This document shows positions 53,631 through 61,658 of a DNA stretch of 61,658 nucleotides, one piece after another (the first letter of the stretch is position 1; the number at the start of each line of letters is the position of its first letter). The notes under the pieces were generated by a model. The model made no database searches, was not told where the DNA came from, and was given only the letters and a program-made list of their open reading frames with translations. The position numbers and the translations under genes are program-made. Where the stretch lies: contig NW_021834988.1 of the NCBI RefSeq assembly GCF_006345805.1, forward strand, positions 1 through 61,658. The letters run 5' to 3'. The DNA comes from Octopus sinensis (lineage: Eukaryota).

Positions 53631-53935
53631 TCCTACAAATCAACACCACTCTGTCATTTAGCCTCTTCGTAGCATCATCGCCATGCCACCACCTCTGGCA
53701 CCACTACCACCAAACCATCAAGAGAGCGCGTTGGAGATCAATCATTCTGCTAGAAATAGCAGTCGTACCTCTATCAAATCTCACCCCCACTCTCTTAAGT
53801 AAGAATTAAGAGGGACATATAGGACAATGTAGGTACCAAAAAATATGATATCGGGATGGTCACGGCTGGATTGAGATTAGTCGCAGGAAGGCTGTTTGAA
53901 TGAGAATCAGTCTCATGCTGTTATTTATGTGAGTG

Positions 53936-53980
<45 letters not shown>

Positions 53981-54245
53981 GGATATATACCAATGTGGAA
54001 GCGCGTGGCTTTGTGGGTAGGATGCTGCACTCGTGATCGTAGGACTGTGGTTTCGATTCCTGGACGGGACGATGTGTTGTGTTCTTGAACAAAATACATA
54101 TTTTCGCGTTGCTTCATCCACTCAGCTGGCAAAGGTGAGTAATCCTTCAAAGGGACTGGCGTCCCATCCAGTGGAGAATATATACGGGAAACCGGACTTC
54201 TGAAGCTATGGCTCGGGAGGGACCTGTGATTCTTAGATAGATAGC

Positions 54246-54325
<80 letters not shown>

Positions 54326-54432
54326 CACTCACACACACACACACACTTTAAATGAAAGAACGTATTCAAGATAATTGAAGAACAATATATATAAAGAGAA
54401 AGAGCGCTGGGCAGTGGGGATATACGGATATG

Positions 54433-55208
54433 TATTTCTCTACTACCCACAAGGGGTTAAACATAGAGTGGACAAACAAGGACAGACAAACGGATTGAGT
54501 CGATTACATCGACCCCAGTGCGTAACTGGTACTTAATTTATCGACCCCGAAAGTATGAAAGGCAAAGTCGACCTCGGCGGAATTTAAACTCAGAACGTAA
54601 CGGCAGACGAAATACCAATTTCTTTACTACCCACAAGGGGCTAAACACAGAGAGGACAAACAAGGACAGACAAACGGATTAAGTCGATTATACTGCGTAA
54701 CTGGTACTTAATTTATCGACCCCGAAAGTATGAAAGGCAAAGTCGATCTCGGTGGAATTTGAACTCAGAACGTAACGGCAGACGAAATACCTATTTCTTT
54801 ACTACCCACAAGGGGCTAAACACAGAGAGGACAAACAAGGACAGACAAACGGATTAAGTCGATTACATCGACTCCAGTGCGTAACTGGTACTTAATTTAT
54901 CGACCCCGAAAGGATGAAAGGCAAAGTCGATCTCGGCGGAATTTGAACTCAGAACGTAACGGCAGACGAAATACCTATTTCTTTACTACCCACAAGGGGC
55001 TGAACACAGAGAGGACAAACAAGGGCAGACAAATGGATTAAGTCGATTACATGGAGCCCAGTGCGTAACTGGTACTTAATTTATCGACCCCGAAAGGATG
55101 AAAGGCAAAGTCGATCTCGGCGGAATTTGAACTCAGAACGTAACGGCAGACGAAATACCGCTAAGCATTTCGCCCGGCGTGCTAACGTTTCTGCCAGCTC
55201 ACCGCCTT
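54433..55208 (-). mobile_element. SINE-A head plus four bodies
   Basis: GGCAGACGAAATACC at 54602, 54777, 54961 and 55145; diverged TSD containing TATACGGATATG. Confidence 0.9.
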
Positions 55209-55251
55209 GGCAGGGAAAATATACGGATATGGTAATGGAAGTATTTTTTTA

Positions 55252-55633
55252 GGAGCACTCCGTCGGTTACGACGAGGAGCGTCCCAGCTGATACGATCAA
55301 CGGAACAGCCTGCTCGTGGAATTAACGTGCAAGTGGCTGAGCACTCCACAGACACGTGCACCCTTAACGTAGTTCTCGAGGAGATTCACCGTGACACAGA
55401 GTGTGACAAGGCTGGCCCTTTGAAATACAGGTACAACAGAAACAGGAAGTAAGAGTGAGAGAAAGTTGTGGCGAAAGAGTACAGCAGGGTTCACCACCAC
55501 ACCCTGCTGGAGCCTTGTGAAGCTTTAGGTGTTTTCGCTCAATAAACACTCACAATGCCCGGTCTGGGAATCGAAACCGCGATCCTACGACCGCGAGTCC
55601 GCTGTCCTAACCACTGAGCCATTGCGCCTCCAC
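55252..55633 (-). mobile_element. SINE-C with tail type 1
   Basis: Matches 38661-39044; TSD AATGGAAGTAT. Confidence 0.85.
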
Positions 55634-56068
55634 AATGGAAGTATAGCACGTTATTCATCTTAGTCATCGGTGATGCTGTTAAAGAAACGATCGAGCAAAG
55701 TTTAAAGTTTGGAGTTTGTATGAGGGTTAAAGGTTATGGTTTCAGAATTGGAGGTCAGGGGCTGAGGTCACGGTTAAGTGTTAGCAATAAGTTTAGTGTT
55801 TAAGGGTAAAGATTACGGTTTATTGTTAAGGGTTAGGATTAGGGTTTGGGTTAGAGGTTAGAGACAAAATGCTAAGTGTTATGGTTAGGGGTAGAATAAC
55901 AACGCTATCATTTATCAGTCGGGTTTTTAATAACACGTGGTAACACATACGATCTTGTGTCATCGTTGTTATTGTCGTACTTCGTCGTTGTCGACGTTCT
56001 CGTCTCGTCGTCGTTATCGTTATCGACGATGTTCGTGTTGTTGTTGTTTTTCTTTAGATCCAGATGTG

Positions 56069-56490
56069 GAATCGTTTCGGTTTGCACGGCAGTTTTTAAC
56101 ATAATTTCTAGGTAACTAAAAAATGTTAAACTTCGTATACTGGTAGAATGTGTTTATAAAACATCCTTTTCTCTTGGCTTTATTGATAAATTCTATTGTT
56201 TGTAAGATATTTGTTGTTTTTTTTCTTCAACTTCTGCAATTTACAACCAATCATGACGCCCTTGAGGTAAAAAAACATTCTGTGCCGTATGAATATGTCC
56301 CTCGTTTAAGAAACAGATTGGGTTTATTTACATTTGTGAAAAAAAAAATAACCCTTACCCTTTCCCCCCACCCCTAACCCTAACCCTAAAACAGATTGAA
56401 ATGCAATAGATCGATACTAGGGTCATAATTATGGGTGACAATTTCATATGACACCGCTAGAAAAAACTGCCGTTCAAACCGAAAAGATCC
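56069..56490. mobile_element. hAT-like MITE copy
   Basis: Left TIR degenerate; flanks CAGATGTG/AAGACGTG. Confidence 0.83.
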
Positions 56491-57185
56491 AAGACGTGTC
56501 CTGCTCCTGTAATGCTGTGATCAAAAATATTCCAGCTATGACGGTCTGTGGGTTTTTAGAGGGAAGTGCTGCCTCACAACAATCTTTATTAAAAGGTGGG
56601 TGAATGTAACGCGAATGGCCCGAGTGAACGGGCCTGCTCTAAGCATGCGCCTCTAGATCGAGTGGGGGGATGAAGAGGAGGGGGTACTTGCCCTAGAAGT
56701 CGTGCTTTTTGTGGGTAGTAAAGAAATAGGTATTTCGTCTGCCGTTACGTTCTGAGTTCAAATTCCGCCGAGGTCGACTTTGCGTGTCATCTTTCGGGGT
56801 CGATAAATTAAATACCAGTTGCGTACTGGAGTCGATCTAATCGACTGGGCCCCAGCAATTTCGGGCTTTATGTCTAGATTAGAAAAGATTACTTGTTCAA
56901 GCTTTCTGCGTTCCGAGTTCAAATCGCACAGAGATCATATTCGCCTATCATAGTCTTGGGTCGATATAAAAAAAAAAAAAAAGAAAGAAAAGAATACGAA
57001 AAAGAACTAGTACAAATCCATGACGTTGAATTGGCGACACTGTTAGAGCGTTCAACAAGATGCATTTCATCCTTTCGGGGTCGATAAATTAAGTACTAGT
57101 TCCGTCTCCCAAAATTTCAGGCCTTGTGCCTTTAATAGAAAGGATTACTATTATTATTATTATTATTATTAGTAGTAGTAGTAGT

Positions 57186-57216
<31 letters not shown>

Positions 57217-57745
57217 CATCATTGTTCGACCGTGGTCGAGACAATGGAATTTACTATGCTACGCCAGACTTCACGGTCCATCATAGCATTACGGAGGCCC
57301 TGTTGCTGGATGCCTGTATCCCTGGAGATTACATCAGGGTAGGAGAGTGTGCGCCCTCTGGTATCGCGAGCAGATGGCTTCCAGGGTAGAAGAGTAGAAA
57401 TTGCCTCGTTTTCAGTTCTACAACAATGTCCAGCAAACTGGACTCTCCTACCTTTCACAAGAGATGACACAGGTGGTAGTAGTTTCCCATATATTTGCAT
57501 TTTGGTTGGATGACGCTTCCACGAGAGATTTTGAGCTCTCATAAGGAGACGAGTGTAAGTTCCATCCAACCGCCTCTCAAGCTTCTTTGATAACGTCCAG
57601 GTTTCTGAGCCATATAGTAGAATTGGTTCGACTGTGGCTTTGAAGATTTCAAGTTTGAAATCTCTACTTAGATTTGATGACCAAATCTTATGCATGTCAT
57701 TACAGGCTGACCAGGCCATACCCTTTCTAGTTAGAAAATCTTCTT
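57217..57745 (-). mobile_element. RTE-clade LINE 3' fragment
   Basis: ILLYGSETWTLSKKLERRLDG, VQFAGHCCR; ORF stop runs directly into a TGA tail. Confidence 0.85.
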
Positions 57746-57756
57746 CAGATGATGAT

Positions 57757-58160
57757 TCTTTTACTCATTTACTCTTTTACTTGTTTCAGTCATTTGACTG
57801 CGGCCATGCTGGAGCACCGCCTTTAATCGAGCAACTCGACCCCGGGACTTATTCTTTTTGTAAGCCCAGTACTTATTCTATCGGTCTCTTTTGCCGAACC
57901 GCTAAGTAACGGGGACATAAACACACCAGCATCGGTTGTCAAGCAATGCTAGGGGGACAAACACGCACACACATATATATATATATAACATATATACGAC
58001 GGGCTTCTTTCAGTTTCCGTCTACCAAATCCACTCACAAGTCTTTGGTCGGCCCGAGGCTATAGTAGAAGACACTTGCCCAAGGTGCCACGCAGTGGGAC
58101 TGAACCTGGAACCAAGTGGTTGGTAAACAAGCTACTTACCACACAGCCACTCCTGCGCCT
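57757..58160 (-). mobile_element. SINE-B
   Basis: Full-length match to the family. Confidence 0.85.
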
Positions 58161-58203
58161 GATATGTATGACCCAAGATATTTAAGGGCGTATTGTTGAG
58201 AGT

Positions 58204-58242
<39 letters not shown>

Positions 58243-58340
58243 TAGTAGTAGTATCATTATATGTAAACCCCAAACTTTATGTTTGCCTTTGTATTGCGCC
58301 CCTCGTCCTTCGCTTTTGTTTCAAATAATAGAAATCATTA

Positions 58341-58371
<31 letters not shown>

Positions 58372-58470
58372 TTCAAATTATTTTTGTATAGTTTTTGCTA
58401 ATCATAAAATACATGCCAACATTATCTAATTTTCCATGCATATATCTCTGTCTGTGTGTTGTTGTGTGTG

Positions 58471-58506
<36 letters not shown>

Positions 58507-59049
58507 GTGTGTGTGCGCGCGTGTGTGTGTGTGTGCGTGTGTGCGGCGGGGGTGGGGTTGTTTGTTCTTGTTATTTGTATTTATATTCGCATTAATTCAC
58601 TCAAGAATTCAGCGTACACTATAAGTATTTCTATTGTTTTTATAGGTATTTGGTTACTGACAAACGAACAAAAATTTGCATACCACCATATTGTTTGTTT
58701 ATGTTTTCTATGTGTTTTAGGGTGGGTTTTTTTTTCGTATATAAGATCGTCAAATATTAAACTTCAGTGGAGCTTGTCCAATAATACCAAATTACTTACA
58801 ACAGTGTAACATTGAAGTAGTTTGTGATTTGCCAATGACAAAAGAAATACGGGCGCACATATGTGCCAAAGCACATACTTCTAGGCTCCATAGGTCTTTG
58901 AATAACAAAAACAAAAGCGAAAAATTAAAGTATTGGGGATACCACATGCAACGCAACTATGCCGGCTTCGGTTTGCTCACAGATCTCTATGCGTGTATAT
59001 ATATTCATGTGTGTGTATATGTGTTTCCTGTGTATGAGCCTGTGTGCGT

Positions 59050-59170
59050 GTGTAAGTGTGTGTTTGTATGTATGTATGTATGTATGTATGCATGTATGTA
59101 TGCATGTATGTATGCATGTATGTATGTATGTATGCATGTATGTATGTATGTATCTATGTATGTATGTATG

Positions 59171-59204
<34 letters not shown>

Positions 59205-60269
59205 TGCATGTATGCATGTATGTATGCATGTATGTATGTATGTATGTGTTGTATGAATGTATGAATGTATGTATGTATGTTTGTATGTATGTATATATGT
59301 ATGTATGTATGCATGTATGTATGCATGTATGTATGCATGTATGTATGTATGTATGTATGTATGTATGTATGTATGTATGTATGTATGTATGTATGCATGT
59401 ATGTATGTATGTGTGTATGCATGTATGTATGCATGTATGTATGCATGTATGTATGTGTTGTATGTATGTATGTATGTATGTATGTATGTATGTATGTATG
59501 TATGTGTTGTATGAATGTATGAATGTATGTATGTATGTTTGTATGTATGTATGTATGTATGTATGTATGTATGTATGTATGTATGTATGTGTTGTATGAA
59601 TGTATGTATGTATGTATGTATGTTTGTATGTATGTATGTTTGTATGTATGTTTGTATGTATGTATGTATCTATGTATGTATGTATGTATGTATGTATGTA
59701 TTGTATGTGTGTATGTTTGTTTGTGCTTGTATGTATACCTAATTGCATGTATGTGTGTGTTTGGTGTGTATGTGCGTATTTATATATACACACGCGCGCA
59801 TACACACATACATGTCATGCACACACCACCACGCACACTCATATATATATATATATATATCTATATATATATATATATATATATAGATATATAATATATA
59901 TATACAATATACTTACACACACACAAAGATATGCATATATGAAACTTCTATATATAAAAAACGTTTATGTATGCGCGTTTGTATTCATATATACATGCAA
60001 CATACATACGTATATACATATATGCATACGTACATGCATGCATGCATACATACATACATACATGCATACATGCATACATACATGCATATATACATACATG
60101 CATACATGCATACATGCATACATACATACATACATACGTACATACATGCATACATACATACATACATACATACATACATACATACATACATGCATACATG
60201 CATACATACATACATACATACATGCATACATGCATACATACATACATACATACATACATACATACATAC
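59050..60269. repeat. (TATG)n, (TA)n and (CATA)n microsatellite complex
   Basis: Direct reading of the sequence. Confidence 0.95.
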
Positions 60270-60999
60270 GGAAAAGACCGCGGTAACCTCGGTCAATGAT
60301 GTTACATGTTGCCACATTTGTTTGCAAGTGGGTAACCCTCTGTTTTAAATTTTCCGGGTTCATAGGATTATGCTCAAGGTGACTTCGTCATTCATACGTG
60401 CCATCCTTGCTACATTCACCCATCTTTTTTTGAAACATTCGCTAGACAAAACGTGTCTCTCTACTCTCACTTTCCTCTTCAATTGATACTTGAAGAAGTT
60501 GATGGGAGATTGACCAGAGAGGAAAGTTTTTGTCTCTAATCCTTTCAGACGCGTCCACCAGATACATTCTTTCGCCATAGCCACATGGATGATGAAAATA
60601 GCTCTTCCTTCCCGTTTGAAAGAAGGAGGCGTGAAAATATTGACGATAGACTCGGCTGATAAACCGACTCGTCCCACACGTGACAGCAGTCGTTCGACAT
60701 AGGCTAACAGCTCGGAAATTGTTGAACACTGCACGAGTGCGTGCAGAACGGTTTCGTCGCTCTGACCGCATCTCGGGTTGGACGGCCCCGTGTTTCTCGA
60801 GCCGTGTCTGTAGAGCTTATCCCGAACGGGTAGCGCTTCTCGGTAGCACTGCCAGGCCAGGGGTCCCTGAAAGTTGCCCATGAGCCCTGGCCCGAAAGTC
60901 GCCCTGAACAGGCGGGTCAGGTATTCCTCGTCGACGTCCAGGTTCGCCCGAAGCTCGTCGTCGTACCTCCCCTACACTAATCCCCTATAGAATGCTTTG
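60270..60999 (-). mobile_element. Tx1/L1-clade LINE fragment, same family
   Basis: ORF 60360-60881 WQCYREALPVRDKL..RCGQSDETVLHALVQC matches 42150-42660; its 5' end abuts (GATA)n at 61000. Confidence 0.8.
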
Positions 61000-61003
61000 A
61001 TAA

Positions 61004-61100
<97 letters not shown>

Positions 61101-61330
61101 ATATAGATGTGTTTGTGTGTGTGTGTGTGCGCGCGTGCGCGTGTGTGTGCGTGTGTGTGTGTGTGTTGTTATTCGATCGGATATCAATGACAAATCCAGA
61201 TCGATTCACCACGTGCTGACATGCCTTCGTGCTTTCGTGCGCTCAATACTCCGAGTAATGGCCGTGTAAGCCGTTCAACCCCTCTGTCTACAAATATATA
61301 TATATATACATACATACATGTGTGTGTGTG

Positions 61331-61367
<37 letters not shown>

Positions 61368-61658
61368 CGTCTAGAAAGTTCACCTCAGGAAACCTTGTTG
61401 GGAAGATAAGCAATCAGTTTTATTACGTGTTAATAGCTCTTAACAAAAGTAATTATCATGTTTTGTGTTAAGTGTTATTAACGTATCATAATGTAATGGG
61501 TTTGCCCAGCAATAAGGCTTGTGTTACGAAATTTCCATTCATCTCAGCCAGATCATATGCATCCGTGCGTGCATGTGTATTTATAGATGTGTAATGTATG
61601 TATATATATTTATATACATACATAACATCTATAAATACATATATATATATATATATAT

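Noticed and set aside
49443-53809. Very long ORFs (1145, 757 and 365 aa; His/Pro/Thr-rich)
   Set aside because: They stay open because the C/A-rich repeat lacks stop codons; they overlap in several frames and show no domain signal.
58829-60363. MYVC and HTYI repeat ORFs (also at 17668-18124, 44526-45366 and 48765-49474)
   Set aside because: Tetranucleotide microsatellite translations.

Overview
Eukaryotic, extremely repeat-rich DNA. The SINE, MITE and RTE repertoire and the microsatellite load look like an Octopus (cephalopod) genome; this comes from pattern recognition, not a database search. There is one credible host gene: an intact, intronless 624-aa axonemal dynein intermediate chain (DNAI1-like, 32880-34754), probably a retrogene. 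The rest is mobile DNA and simple repeats: a near full-length RTE LINE with a twin-priming-type inversion, several RTE, CR1 and Tx1/L1 fragments, at least four tRNA-headed SINE groups (my labels A-D), 11 copies of a hAT-like MITE, three other TIR elements, a Helentron/DINE-like element, minisatellites and a 4-kb almost G-free repeat. The most original signal is that SINE-A repeatedly inserts at GGTAT sites, a motif it carries in its own head, which could explain its head+(body)n arrays as self-targeted insertion. Almost all other ORFs in the track are microsatellite or SINE artefacts. Coordinates were counted by hand and repeat boundaries are approximate.
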